In this document: positions 12,595-25,540 of the stretch, piece after piece
How the letters are laid out: every line of letters begins with the position of its first letter
Position numbering within the stretch: the stretch's first letter is position 1
From: Guillardia theta CCMP2712
Lineage: Eukaryota; Protista; Cryptophyta
Assembly: GCF_000315625.1 (NCBI RefSeq)
Contig: NW_005434670.1
Coordinates: 1,194,258-1,258,257, forward strand
Length of the DNA: 64,000 bases
Direction: 5' to 3'
Notes under the pieces: generated by a model
What the model was told of the DNA's origin: nothing
The model's database searches: none
The model's input: only the letters and a program-made list of their open reading frames with translations
Made by a program: the position numbers and the translations under genes

Positions 12595-14471
12595 AAGTAA
12601 GGGGACGAGGATGTGGGAGTAGTACTAGAAGCAGGGAAGGACTTAAAAAAAGAAATGATGAAGTGAGTTTTCATATCATGAGCTATCTGATTGACCTGGC
12701 GCAGGCACCAACGATGGCTCTCGGCGAAGATAAAAAGCTTTATGATGGATTCTTCAGCATTCTGGCGAAGATCCAGAAAAATCCATTCCAATTCATGCTG
12801 GCTGTTTGGTTAGTCATGTGCGTTGGAGCGTGCAACAAGTTTTTCCTTTTCCCGATGCCATGGATTGCCGGCCAGTCAGAATGCAGGAAAGAAGTGCTGA
12901 GCCCCCCGTTCAAGTCGACTTCGGTCGCATCTGGAACGTTCACCTACACTCCAGCTGCATGGATCCAGGTGAAAAACAATTGCACGGAGAAAGCAGAAGT
13001 CTTCACGTTTGTCACCGAGAAATTCACCTTGACCACGTCAAACTTCGTCTTCTTCGGCATCACCAAGGCCATATTCAATTTCACAGTAGGCGTGCTCTCT
13101 GATATCTTTGGTCGCAAGTGGGCTGTTGTGATTGGTTGGGTGCTTTCCTTGCCCATGCCTTTCATGGTTCTGTACGCGAATGACTGGTGGACTGTCGCGA
13201 CAGCCAACATTTTCCTTGGCATTCAACAAGCGTTGGTTTGGAGTGCAACTATCTTCATCATGATCGACTATCTCGGCCAGGAGCACTCGGGCACGGCTGT
13301 TGGGATCAATGAGACTATCGGATACACGGTGATCGCCATCGTGACTGAGATAGCTGCAGCCATTCTCGACGAGCACCATCCTCGTCGCGAGAATTACTAT
13401 GTCGTCCTCGCTATCATCGGCTCCAGCATTGTGATCTCAACCTTGTTTCTCAAGGAGTCCAAACCCTTGGCAGTAGATGAAGAATCTAAAATCACGGGCC
13501 GATCCAAGGAAACCATCGAGAAATCCAAAGAGACCTCGCTAGTGTGGCCCAGCGGCAGAAAGACCCAGGTGGAGGTTGCAAGGAGCGCGTTCATCTACAC
13601 AAGCTTCATCAACATGTCGCTTGTCTCCATCTGTTTTGCCGGCCTCATGGTCAACTTCATCACCGGGTTTGTGTGGGGCCTCTTCACCAAGTGGATGAAG
13701 AATGGCCAGGCGAACCGCTGGAAGCCTCTCAGCAAGGGTGACATCGCCAACATCGTTCTCTGCTACGGTCTCTTCAAGGGAGTCTTGCAATTTATCTTTG
13801 GCTTCATCGGCGACAGGTACGGCAGGAAGTTTGTCATCATCTTCGGCCAACTGTTCAATGTCCTCGGACTCGTCGTCTTTGTTGGCACTGGCCTGGACGA
13901 GAACGACCCGAGGGTTGGCTTCTTCTTTGGCGCCATCTTCCTCGGCCTTGGTACCGCCATGATGTATGCCAACAATCTCGCTGCGGTTTGCGACCATAGC
14001 GACCCGTCCTGGAGGTCGTCTGCCTTGGGAGCTTACAGGTGAGTCGTATCAGCCCTCCACTCTCCTCTGTTCACGAAAGGTGTCAGATTTTGGAGGGACC
14101 TTGGCTATGCTATTGGAGCTCTAGTCACAGGCTCTGTAGCTGACTGGATTGGTATCCCTTGGAGCGTCGGTGTGACTGCGATTCTCGTCGCTCTATCTGC
14201 AGTGCTGCTCCTCATCTGCTATAAGGAAGTGCCTGCTGGAGGGGTTGTCGAGGTGAGCTCGCTTTCAATCAAACCGTCCGAGACCTGAACTCATCTGCTA
14301 CTGCAGGTCTCAGCGGATACCAAGCTGAGCACGGAGGGAGACGTGGGTCTCAAAGCTCAGATGACTCCTTCCGGCTCGCAGATGCTGCTGATGGGAGGGC
14401 TGGACGTGGCACCTCCGATGGTTTTCTTCCCGCCTCCTCCTCAGCCTTTCCCCACCATGGGGATGGCCTGA
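12202..14471 (+). CDS. Major facilitator superfamily transporter (12-TM, prokaryote-like subfamily); 5' end uncertain
   Basis: 1.3-kb exon with MFS motif A twice (GVLSDIFGRK; GFIGDRYGRK), WRSSALGAYR|FWRDLGYAIGALVTG across an intron at ~14039-14087; final exon ends ...PTMGMA* at 14471. Confidence 0.9.
12436..12535. other. Assembly gap (100 N)
   Basis: Run of N. Confidence 1.
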
Positions 14472-14780
14472 GTCATCCGAATCACCCGGCCGGGTTCGGC
14501 TGAAAAGGCCCCGGCAGGCTGGCGCAGGCGGCGAGGCTGCCAGCGCGTCAAAGAAGAAAGGAGGTTGCAAGTTGGTCAGTGTTGCTGAGTTGGGAACAAA
14601 ACTTTCCACTTGGTCATTCTTAAGCGGCTTCCATGCGTGCTATCTCTCAAAGCACCTAATAACCGTCTTATCAGCTCTCCCAGCCTCAATCATGCTTCAC
14701 CGGCCGGGCCCGCCGGCCCCCGCCGGCCCCCGGCTCGGGCTGGCGGGCCCGCCCGGCCGGGGGCCCGGGGCGAGACTTCA
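14472..14780. repeat. GC-rich palindromic intergenic island
   Basis: acccggccgggt palindrome; ccggccgggcccgccggccccc... tract at 14698-14772. Confidence 0.6.
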
Positions 14781-15033
14781 AAAGGCTACTAGCCCTTCAA
14801 CAAGGACTACCCCACCCCCTTCCATGAAAAAGTCCCCACGAGCCTGCCTCTGCAAGCAACAATCCTTTATAATATTCACATTATATATAATTGATCATAA
14901 AGTTGTTTGTTATATCAAAATTGCAATTGACAGATATAGTATAACTTCATAAATTTGATGAATTTATGAAGTTATATAAGCGCTGTTAAACGACATAAGC
15001 AAGAAAAGGTCCTCAAGCTTGCTCTCGACCAGC

Positions 15034-15631
15034 ATGCTCTCCACAACCGCAAGTTTGCGCCTCGCAGCGCGACGAGCATGCGCATTTGGCTCCTCCTCCT
15101 CCCGGACATCTCAAAGACGTGTTTCTTCCTCATGCCTTGGCTGGGTCATTTCTCAAGGAAGGCCTGCTGTGTCGTCGGAGTTGGGTTCTCGTGCATATCC
15201 TGCCTCCTTTCATCGTTTGTCGCAAGGGGCTAGGAGCTTGTCTTCCCCTGGCAAAGTTTCTTTCACCATCATCGATCCTCTTGAAGCCCCTGAAGGAAAG
15301 AAAATTGAAGCCAACATTGGAGATTCGATTCTTGACATTGCACAGAAGAATGATCTGTCGCTGGAGGGAGCATGCGAGGGAACCTTAGCTTGCAGCACAT
15401 GCCATTGCATCCTTCCCAGCGATTTGTTCCAAGAGATTACGCAACCATCTGAAGAAGAGCTTGACTTGCTTGACATCACTGTTGGGCTGACGGAAACGTG
15501 AGTGCGAAACGAAGCCCCTTTCATCCTAGTAAAATGTTTTCAGGTCAAGGCTAGGTTGCCAAGTCAAAGTTGACGAAAGGTTCGAAGGCAAGACCATCAA
15601 CCTGCCTAATGAATTTCATAACTTCCAATGA
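15034..15631 (+). CDS. Mitochondrial adrenodoxin-type [2Fe-2S] ferredoxin (Yah1/FDX-like), 2 exons
   Basis: Arg/Ser-rich presequence; EGACEGTLACSTCH; EEELDLLD; intron ~15499-15543 then SRLGCQV...NEFHNFQ*. Confidence 0.93.
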
Positions 15632-15949
15632 GAAAGCTGATGATGTCAAGGTCCGATAAGCTTTCCTGCCTCCTAAGATCCCGCTTGCTGGTTGTTTGCC
15701 TGGCCAATATATGCTCCAGCATTTCTCTTGGTTTCGTCATACTGGACGTGCATCGGTGCATTTCTTTACAGCAATGGTTGCACCGACAATAAAATATTTT
15801 GCCTGTCACGCGTCTGAAGCTTGCAGCTCACAGACTGAAAATCTCGAAACTTGATCAGTGAGGCGAGACTGAGGCAGAATCAGGTTGATTCGTGAGGTCT
15901 CATTGTAACATAATATTCCCAGACTACATGCATTCCCCAGGATATCCTT

Positions 15950-16910
15950 TAATCATTGTGTTCTACGTCAATAGATTTTGATGGCCGGGTAAGATGATGA
16001 GCTTGTACTACATGTTCACTCCGCTGCCGTCTGCTGTGCTGGCTCTTCAGCCTTTTCTTGCTCCACCTTGTCCAAACCCATTCAGAAAGCATAAAAGAGT
16101 ACTTCGGAAGATCTACTTTGACTCCGTCTTGGTTGGAATCAGCAGTTGGAGCTCCTTGCGCTGAAGTCTCTGGTACAGTCTTTGCTTCCTCCGTAGAAAT
16201 TACACTCGCAGCTTCCTGCATTGCCTTCAGTGCGCAAGTTGGCTTATTGAGACTTCTTGCATCACCTCGTTTGCAGTATCAGTCTCAACAGATTTCTCTT
16301 GCTCCTGTCTCTTTGAATTCATCAATTCACAGAAGCTCAGTCCGTGCTCAACAGTCAGTTGAAAGCATCGAGTTTCACCGCTTCTGCTTGGGCTCGTACA
16401 GTTGCCTCTGACTCCTGCAGAAAACATCACTCACTGCATAGAGGATCTTCATGCTCAAACCTCTTGCTTTCGAAGGTCTTCCTCGTTCACCTACATCCAC
16501 CGACCCAGTCATAACGAAAACTTCGCCTGATCAGCGAAACCTTTTCCACCTTCTGGGCTGTCTCTTCTGTTTCCAGTTTGGCAGCAATGGGCTGAAATAT
16601 GGTGAGTTAGTTCCCTCAAGAGCCGAACTGGTGAACATCTCACAGCGGCTGGCTTCACAGTGCGGAGCAAGTAATTCCAGAGCTTTCCCAAAGGGCGGAA
16701 GACATACTTCATGCAAACAGCCAGAGGAGGAAAGCGCAACGAAAGCTCTTCGAATCGCTTCGAAATCTGATCGGAGATTTTGATCCATTTTTGGATCATG
16801 CTGCCCTTGCAGCATTTCACACCCTCCTCTTCTGAAGCCGCACTGTTGGGCATGAGAACCAAAAGAAGAAGCGCTGCGAAGAGCAGAAACTTGGCGCTCA
16901 TTGTGGACAT
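15950..16910 (-). CDS. Hypothetical signal-peptide-bearing protein, multi-exon (3' end uncertain)
   Basis: MSTMSAKFLLFAALLLLVLMPNSAASEEE signal-peptide-like start; several in-line minus-strand exon ORFs. Confidence 0.45.
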
Positions 16911-17132
16911 CGCTGCTGCCGAGATCCTGGAAAAAGGAAGAGGAGCAGGTCATTGTGCCATTGGCTCTTGATGTGGCAGGGAAAAAGCAGAGATACATTC
17001 AATCACTCGTATCTTGCGTTCTTCTACTTTTCATGTCATCTTCTGGCTCTACGTCTTACACATACACCTCTTATTCATATACCTGTCCCACTCAAAGGGC
17101 TACTGTGCGCCTTCTGTTGCTCTTGCCTTGGA

Positions 17133-17133
<1 letters not shown>

Positions 17134-17165
<32 letters not shown>

Positions 17166-17202
17166 CCTCCTCCTCCTCCTCCTCCTCCTCCTCCTCCTGC
17201 TC
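17134..17202. repeat. (CCTGCT)n-(CCT)n simple repeat
   Basis: Visible directly. Confidence 0.9.
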
Positions 17203-18293
17203 CCGCATGTGTTCTCCTATCCTTTCTCATCAGTGATTCTTCCTCTCCTTCTCCTGCTCTTTCTGCTCCAATGGCTCCCTTGCTTTCCGTAAAAACCCCA
17301 TGCACATTGGCGGGCACTTCAGGCTGCTACGTTTGAGAAAATCGTGCAGGTAGGGTGACATACCCCACCCCTGATAGATCAATTCAATGACCCTATTTAT
17401 CTAAGTAATCTCCTGAAACCTTACCCACCCCCCATTACCGCGTCTCAAAATTCTTTTCAGGAGACATCGAACTTGTTGAAGCTACAAGACAGGTCGCAAG
17501 GACCATATGGAAGGGGAGGAAGGGAAGTAGCGGGCAACGTCGAGGCCGAAGAGATGGAATGGGAGATCGAGAGCAGCGACCGGGTAGATGGAGCAGTAAG
17601 GGGAAGACAGAATAAATGTAGGAAAGCGAGGAGAAGCACCACATGGACATGCACTGAACTTGACATGAACAAAGATTCGAGGATAGTGAAAGAAAGGAGG
17701 GTTGAGGGTGATGAGGACGAGATCAAGAATTGATCTTGTATCCATTCGAAACCACGGGGACAGACTAAATCAACTCACATCGTCATGGTTTTCATGCCTT
17801 TGATTTTTCGAATGTAACAGAGTTGTAGGGAAGTGTACAGAGAAGAGGGAAGAAAGATGATCTCATGAAATCTGTTTTACACTGGTGAGACTTGACCATC
17901 AGTCACATGCCGTCAACACCATAAACGCTGAATTTTCGTAATCGATCCATGATTAATCAACATATAGTTATCTCATCTAGGTTTTGGTTATCACTTCAGA
18001 TAAAACTTTCGGAAGGATGCTGCATAACTTTTCCTGTCCAATGTACCTCAGCCAATCAACCAGTTCTTGAATTTTAACCTCTCTGTGCGGGACCTTTCTC
18101 CTTCCAATCGGTATGCTTCTCATCTTTTCAACCGGAGAAGGTCATATCCTTGTGCTTCGCTCCAGCAATCGCCACAGCCTATCTTCCTCCACATCACGAT
18201 GCCTTGTGCTCCTCAACACTCTGCTTCAGCACATCTGCACTCGCATCTTTCTCGAACCATCCTCTTCCTCCAATCATCTCTTTTCCAAGGCAG

Positions 18294-19649
18294 CTATAGA
18301 CTTTTCTGTTTCCAGGCAATTACATTCAAGCTGATGGGGATCCCAAGGAAACGCTGCGAACTCCTTCAGCCTTTTGTGTAAATTGATAGAGAAATAGTAC
18401 CATCTTGCTGGTGTCGTTGAACAATTCGAAGTTCTCCACCTGAGATCTGCCATCATCTTCTCCCGAACTTTTCTCCAACAATATCGATCTGACCTGCTCA
18501 ACGTCTAAAAAACCCGCAGACCTGAGAAAGCTCTCGAGGATCCCCCGGTCGAAACCTACCTGACAGGACATCATGCACGAGTCTTCTCAATCCTACACAC
18601 CTTGTGAAAGTCCCAGGCATCCATCTGCCCCCCGTAGATCATGCGCATCACTTGCCATCTGCAGCTATTCAGTTCTTGTCCTTTTCCACATGCTATACCT
18701 GACGGGGTTGACGCCGCTCGGAACAATGCTTTGATCGTAGTAGGAGATGGCAGGAGGGTTGGCGAAGAGCGAGCAAAGGACGGAGAGGTCGGGTACACTA
18801 CACTTAAAGCAGCCGCCAGGAACGAGGATTCTGAACCAGAGGAAGGAAACAATCAGGTGAGAGAGGTAAGGGGCAAGCATGCTCATGGAAACGAAAAGGG
18901 CAGGAAGACTGTACCTGTGAACCTCCCTGAGAGCGGAGAGAAGTTGTCCACATGAATTGTACCCCAGGTGCTCGAAACAGTGGCTGGAGTAGACCTGGCA
19001 AGGATGAGCGAGCGGTGGCAGGGAGGTTGCAATCAAACTTCTTGCACTGTCGCACTGGGGATGAAAGACAAGTCTGTACAGGAGCCGACAATGTCCACGT
19101 TTGGTCCAGGCACTGTGTTGAGGATGCTCCATCCTTTGCGTTGCTCTACCCCTCCCACATGCAACCTAGTGATCCTTGGAGATCCTGTTGCATCCAGACT
19201 GCCTGCATGCTGAAGCAACAGAGCATGAGAGGCAAGCAAGGATACCTGCCTTCTCGTAGCACCTGAATCAACTTGTTCGAGACTTCGCCCCCTCCTTCTC
19301 TCGTTGGCTCTGATTCAACCTGAAGTTTGACCTTCCCCTCGAGATACTTCACTAGCAAATCCCCTGCAGCTCCTTCAGCACAGCAACCTCTGCCTCGACC
19401 GCCTGCGCCTCATGGCGCACACTTTCCTGCCTCTTCTGTATCATTGATCCATGACCTCAACATCTCCTCGCATGTTTGCAACCCCGCGACCTGCAAGATT
19501 AAAAGGAACTTCATCAAACTCTAACTCCAAATCCCTTCCAGCATCCAGCATGCAACCCTTTACAATCTTTCCCTTCATCCCTTCCCTCCTTCCGTCCCTT
19601 CCGTCCTTTCCGTCCCTTCCGTCACTCCCTTCCTCCTTACCCGCGCCAT
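18294..19649 (-). CDS. Class I SAM-dependent methyltransferase (type 11 / COG4627-like), multi-exon
   Basis: Spliced motifs RLHVGG..GWSILN..VDIVGSCTDLS, VYSSHCFEHL, LREVHR-ILVPGG..SVPDL, MRMIYGGQMDAWDFHK-VGFD, FELFNDTSKM, PISLNVIAWK. Confidence 0.8.
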
Positions 19650-19769
19650 GGCAAGAAGATCAACCCCACGATGCTGCAGGGTTGCTTGCATTTTTGGTGG
19701 GTGGAACCACTTCCGACTTTAAAAAAGCGGATTGCTAACCCGCCTCAGAGGGGTGAACTTGTACTCACT

Positions 19770-20150
19770 GGTTGGTCGGACCCCGGCGGCGCCAGTGCGC
19801 GGCAGTGACTCAGGACCGTCGACTCGGCGGCGAGTCGCCGGCCGGGAGGCGGATTGCATGGGTTAATCCTGGACTATATCTGAATGATCAGTGAATCGTG
19901 TGCGTGAGCCTGTGAGCGAGTCACTGCGAGTGAGATGATACAGTTTTTACTTGAAGCTTTACTCGAAGGTAAACTGAGTTACCCTGATATCATTCGCGTT
20001 AGCTTACAAGTTATGAGGCTTCATTAATGACTTACGACTAGCCTGAGTTTCATGCCTTCATGCCTTGATTACATGATTCAGTGATTCATTACCACTCAGT
20101 GATCCGACAGGCCTTTCAATCATAATCGAAGCCATGATCAACGATCGATT
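19770..20150. repeat. Palindrome-rich intergenic island (GC-rich, then AAGTT/TCATG-rich)
   Basis: cgactcg-gcgg-cgagtcg hairpin, ccggccgg, repeated catg/tgatca/aagtt words. Confidence 0.55.
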
Positions 20151-20567
20151 GATGTTGCCATTCTTCAAGTAGCTTTGCTTGTATGTGCGCAGGATGAGAG
20201 ACGGGTTGATCTACCATGAGTGATGAGGCAGGGAAAAAAGCTTTTAGGGCGAAAACATTATTGTTTCTCAGATCCATCATCAGGTTTATTCCCCAGGTAA
20301 GTTTCTTTTGACTTAGATGCTATCATGCTTTGCATCATCACAGCGTTGTCTCCTAGGTAGAATGACTGACGGATGGTAGAATCAGCAACAGGGGAGGAGA
20401 GGGAGGATGGTATAGGATCAACACTAATTGTTAACACTCCTCTACATGTTCAATAGCCCTCCCTTCCTTTGGATTTGTGTCAATGACCCGAGCATCTCGC
20501 ATGTGAACAATGCTCTTTCACAGCATCGGTGATAACATGGAGAAACATGTGCAGCACTTTAAGCCGT

Positions 20568-20971
20568 TCATTCTTCTCCTGCCGTCGCCATGAGCCACAC
20601 GAAAGCGGCCATGAAAGCTGCTGCAAGAACCACAATGACGATGACGACAGTTATGCTAACCTGCAAGAGAATATCGAATCAGTGAGACACCAACAAGAGG
20701 AATCTTATCGCTCAAGCAAATTTGATATATGAACCAACTCACGGCAAGCCAAATAGCGGGCAACAGCAGGCCTATGTCACGGCAACAAGAATGTTAAAAT
20801 CACCTTTGGCACAATCTCCTGCTTCCCAGCCTTGAGAGTTTTCCGCTCCTTCTTTCCTACCGAGTAGTTGAACTTTCCTGACTTCTCTTTGATCTGACGG
20901 TTCACATCGAAGCGCTTCTTGCTCCCCGTGTCCGGCGCTCGTACGCCACTGTCATTCGCTCTCCTCCCCAT
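20568..20971 (-). CDS. Small basic tail-anchored single-pass membrane protein (TRIQK/SMCO4-like architecture)
   Basis: MGRRANDSG...KKERKTLKAGKQEIVPK exon plus last exon VSITVVIVIVVLAAAFMAAFVWLMATAGEE*. Confidence 0.55.
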
Positions 20972-21009
20972 GGTTTTCCTCTGGCGCCGCCCCTCATCCC
21001 CACCTCGTG

Positions 21010-21320
21010 CTTGCCTGAGTTCCCTCTGGCCGGGCGCCGCGGCCGAGTTCCCTCAGTGGAGTTCCGACGAACCGGGTTCCAAGTTCCGAGCCTCGGAGGC
21101 TCCCGGCCCGCCTCGGAACCGAACGGTCTGTCCTGGAGTTCCTCCCCGGGAATCCGAAGGAGCTGCTCCAGGATCGGACTGAGTTCAACAGTTCCTCCGC
21201 CGGAGAGTCCCCGGAGTCCCGGAGTCACAGTTGTGACGACGGTCACAATTCAAGTTGACGGTTCAAGGGCCGGGCCGTTCGACGTCCGTAGTAACCCGGC
21301 TAAGTAAACTTGAGTCGCCG
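21010..21320. repeat. GC-rich palindromic island with local GAGTTCC/GGAGTC repeats
   Basis: GAGTTCC repeated about 4 times; GAGCCT-CGG-AGGCTC hairpin (GCCTCGGAGGCTC also at ~1392); gtcaca-gt-tgtgac. Confidence 0.7.
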
Positions 21321-21386
21321 TATCAAGCGAACACTTTTTTACACTACCACAGTGAAAACTAAATAGTGAAGCAGTCTACAAACGGA

Positions 21387-23085
21387 TCAAACTACTTCGA
21401 ACTTCCCTGGAATTAATCCGTGCGGGAGAAATCGAGGATCGATAAAGGGATGGGACTTGAAGACAGACCTCCAGTGATCCTTCTGTTTGCTGGTCGGATC
21501 TTGTTTCTGCAACACGATCAAGACCTGTCAGCCCAACTTTCAGCAACTTCATGTGTCAGGTTGGCTACTATCGAGAGCAAACAAGTTCGGCATCAGAAGC
21601 ATTGGCAACCTTGTTTTTCTTGTCTTTTTTGTCATGGTGCAAGATCCACGCAATCTACAACATGGTAAGCTCTGTCGAAATAACGAAAGTCTATGATACA
21701 TCAGTGTGCGAGACAGGTTTTGTGAACTCGCCGGCCAAGAGAATCTGGTAGCACATGACCATCCACATGGCAGTATTGCAACAGATGTAAACCTTATTCT
21801 CGCCCATTCCTTTGTCAGAGACGCATAGACCGAGAGGCTTGCAGTCGACCACAATGTCCTTGGGTCTTGCGTCTGCTCGACATTCCAAGCATAGCTACAG
21901 CAGCCACAGCGTGTGAGCGATTACTAACTCCTCCTCCTCCCCCCTCCCTCCCATATGTTACTTGAATCTCTTGCGAGTTCTGACGCCAAATGTAACCAGG
22001 TCCACTGCCTCCATTCTGCACAGGTTCTTGTCTTGTCTCAAACTCGCCAGTTGTCCAACTAGCCAACGGGTTACTGACAATTCTGGCAGAAAGCTTTCAA
22101 ACACCTCGAGGTCCCTTTACTGTTGAATATTCTGACCCGAAATCTGTATCTTGTTGCCTGTACTGAGTCATCACATCATTGACATCACTGGATATAGAAG
22201 CACCTGGACAAGATCCTTGCAATCATATTTACATTCTTCCCCTCGATAAGACTCCTCCCACATCGCATCGAGTATGTCAGTGTTTGCATTCAAATCTTTG
22301 CAAATCTGTTTAACGATACTTCAAAACCATGAAAGCCGGTGGAGCTCGACAAACCTGGAGCTCATACATGTTTTCTATCCATCTGCATGCTTTCTGTGCT
22401 TCCCAATTTAAAATGATCCTATCACTTTGGGTTTGAATTATTGTGAATTTCACTCTCGTATTCGTTGGTGGGCTGACAAGCGTCTCATTGAAGAGCGTCT
22501 TATCAACCATTACGGCGAGAGAAACAAACTTAGAGAAGGCCCATTGAGCGATGCGGAAGAACGGCCCTTCCTTGCTTATCCTCCAATACTTCCTCAGAAG
22601 TTTCCTTCCTCTCTTGAACATCATGGCGGATCCTATGAGGGTGATGAAGGTGCAGATGTGTGCATAGAAGAGGATGGATAGAAGCCGGGTCAGCGACTTC
22701 GGGTCCATGCCGAGCATGGCGCCAAGCCAGGTGACCATGTCCGTCATCGCTACTGCATCCTTCCAGAAAGTCTTCAGCTCCTTCAACAAAAAAACGCGAA
22801 AACAATAGAAATTTAGTGCATCAGTGCTATTGGATGTGGGTCAGGACAATAAAGTGTCTTATATAATGATTTTAATATGTAGTTTGCTATTTTTAAACGG
22901 AGGGGCACGGATCATGTTCACCAGTCGCACCTCAATCCTGTTCCCGTTTCATCCCTCAGCTCTGTCCTCTCTTCTCTCGCTGCCTACCTGATCTCCTCGC
23001 TCCCCTGCTGTCCTTCGCTACCTTTGTCAGCTCGAGTTGTAGTAACAGCAGCATCTTGAGCAGTTGTGCCTTCATGGGCATCCAT
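21387..23085 (-). CDS. Membrane protein with fibronectin type III domain and C-terminal CS (NudC/p23-like) domain, multi-exon
   Basis: TM helix LLSILFYAHICTFITLIGSAMMF; FN3 cues IILNWE..YELQ..YRGEE..YRFRVRIFNSKG; CS cues GPGYIWRQNSQEI..ARPKDIVVDCKP..LLAGEFTKPV..HWRSVFKSHPFID; stop at 21387. Confidence 0.7.
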
Positions 23086-23309
23086 TTGGTGCTGTTCTAT
23101 GTGACCCGATTCTGATACCTTCACGTCTCACGTGCCTAGCAGAAAGATCAGCGCTTGATGCTCTTACTTGACCTGGTCGTGGTTCTGACTTGTGCCATCC
23201 AGGACCCTTCCACCATCTCCGCTGCATTCTCTCACGTTCGTATCCTGTACGAGAGTGGAAGTGATTAGCTAAGAAGGATCGATAGGGTAAGATCATTGAA
23301 GTAGCCAAC

Positions 23310-25540
23310 ATGGAGGCAGGACTCTCCTACCATCTAGTGCGACTGGTGCGCGCATACTGTGGAAGGAGAGGCCGTGAAGAGGCTCTTGCAGCTTGCAGTC
23401 AACACAAAGTGAAACCTCGCCCAGATCCTGTCATAGCAGCCTTCGGTTCAGAAACAAGCACAGACAGCGACTTGAAAGACCTTGGAGAGCACCGCATCAG
23501 CATCATTGAAAGTGGAGTTGCTGATGGAGTAAGGATCGTATTTGATAACCAGGAGGAGAACCTTTCGCAGATGGTTGATGCTTCTCTAAACGCAATTGGC
23601 TCAACTTGCTGTGACATGTAACTCAAACACCTCCAAGCTTTGCCTCTGTAACCGTGATTGACAGTGAAAAATTTCACATATCTACCCTTGCATTCCTCAG
23701 CGGATGTTTCTGGTCATCCTGGATGCTGAATCTTTCATCGATGGCCGAACGATCACTGATAGTGTTGAATCAAAGCTTTCACAGGTTCTTTGCTCGAACT
23801 TTTCAAAGGTTGTACTGACAACCGCCAAACTCGAAAGATCTCATTGGCGTCATGATAAATGGTTGGGTGCGAATCTTGGTGGATGGTTTCTGTTGGAGCC
23901 AGGACCAGGTTGAATTTGTTCGTTGTTGCTTCTGGTTGAGTCCTGCCGTCCAACAGCCTCGCCGTTGTTCGAAGACTGTCAAGAAATGTTGAAATCACGA
24001 GGAGAAGAAAAGGCTTCGTGTGGTTGTGAATGGTCCCTGTGTAGTTGTCTGGACAAGGTGGAGAAGGGTGTCAAATCTGAAGTGAGACCAGCGATCGATG
24101 TGTCTCTCCTTGATGGCATCGATGATTGCATAACATCTTGCACGTTTCAATGTCTGACCTGCCTGTCTGCTTCACATGTCATTCTTCGTCGCTGCCTCAT
24201 TTTCTCTCATGAATGTTTATTTTTTGCAGGTGCTTCGAAAGCACAGGAAAAATCATTTCGACGCATCCACGTTCAAGAAGATAGCAGACCATGGGCTGAA
24301 TGCTGTCAGGATTCCCTTTGGCTACTGGATCGTTACGGGGCCTACGAATGCAGATGTCTACGATGGCCCGGCGTTAGATCAGCTTGACGAAGCCGTGAAA
24401 ATGGCAAGAACGTGCAACCTTCAGGTATTTACAGATCGCAGGTTGCCATCTTGACGAAGGTGACCTCGATTAAGGTTGTGCTTGATCTTCATGGCAACCC
24501 TGGGGGAGAGAATGGACTTCGACCTTGTGGGCGAGAGAAACAAGATTGGACATGGAAAGAGTGGAGGCAAGAAGAGGCTCTGTAAGATTGATCTCAAGGA
24601 AGCTTGAGTTGACGACGGTCTGTCTTTGCTACAGGGAGTGTTTGCGACAAGTCGTTGTGAGATACAGGGGCTTTGATAACGTTACTGGAATTCAAGTGAT
24701 TAATTTATTGCTGCCTTACCTCGAATTTGACATTTGGAAAGGTCTGCAATGAGCCTTCGCCTGCTATTCCTTCTAACGTCTTGTGCGACTTCTATGAGGA
24801 GGTTGTTGGCTTCTAGGAGAGTAGAGATGTTCATCGTTGTCTGCAGTCAATTAGGGTTGTCCGTGAGGCTGGAATGTCTCCACATGATGTTTGCATCATT
24901 CTCCCCATCTTTACTCAGTGGCGCATACGAGAAATTTCGAGGCTGTGGCTGGAACGTGGAAATATTCACAGATACGACAACGTTGCATGGGATATTCATT
25001 TTTATCACGGTGAAATCAATCATTTCCTCCTCCCTCTTATCCATCGCAGATTTTCATTCTGCCTGGTCGCTGCTAAGCCACGAACAAGTAAGGGATTTCC
25101 GCTTTCATTTTCAAGCTTTGACATGCTTTTTCTCCTGTGAACCTGTACCTCCCACCGTAATTTGCTTGCACCTTCTTGTATGAGCTCAGCATGTCGCAGT
25201 GCTGCAGGATGAAGCAAGGGAGCTGACGCATCTTCATGCTGCGATGGTCGGAGAATGGTCAGCCTCGCGCCCAGGACCGTACCCGGAGGAGGAAGTCAAG
25301 GACTTTGTGATGCAGCAGGTTCTCGCGTATAATCACTCGTCGCACGGATGGTTTTTTTGGAATTGGCACGACTATTCCGTAACACATACCACTAACGTAC
25401 GCTTGGTTAACTTTCAACACCAGTTTTATGACAAGTGGGATATGGAAAATGGCGTGATTGGCAACGGAAGATTGCCGAGATCTTTATCAGAACTGAAATC
25501 ACAGTCTGCACAGCGTTTCTTGAGTCTTCAAGACTTGTGA
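23310..25540 (+). CDS. Glycoside hydrolase family 5 exo-beta-1,3-glucanase with N-terminal extension, multi-exon
   Basis: GANLGGWFLLEP, GLNAVRIPFGYW, VVLDLHGNPGGEN, NEP (acid/base), DIHFYH, VGEWS (nucleophile), GWFFWNW. Confidence 0.92.

Noticed and set aside
12276-12700. N-terminal part of the 588-aa ORF including ERERER
   Set aside because: Reads through an N gap and a (GA)n repeat that are most likely intronic; the MFS exon starts after the acceptor near 12704.
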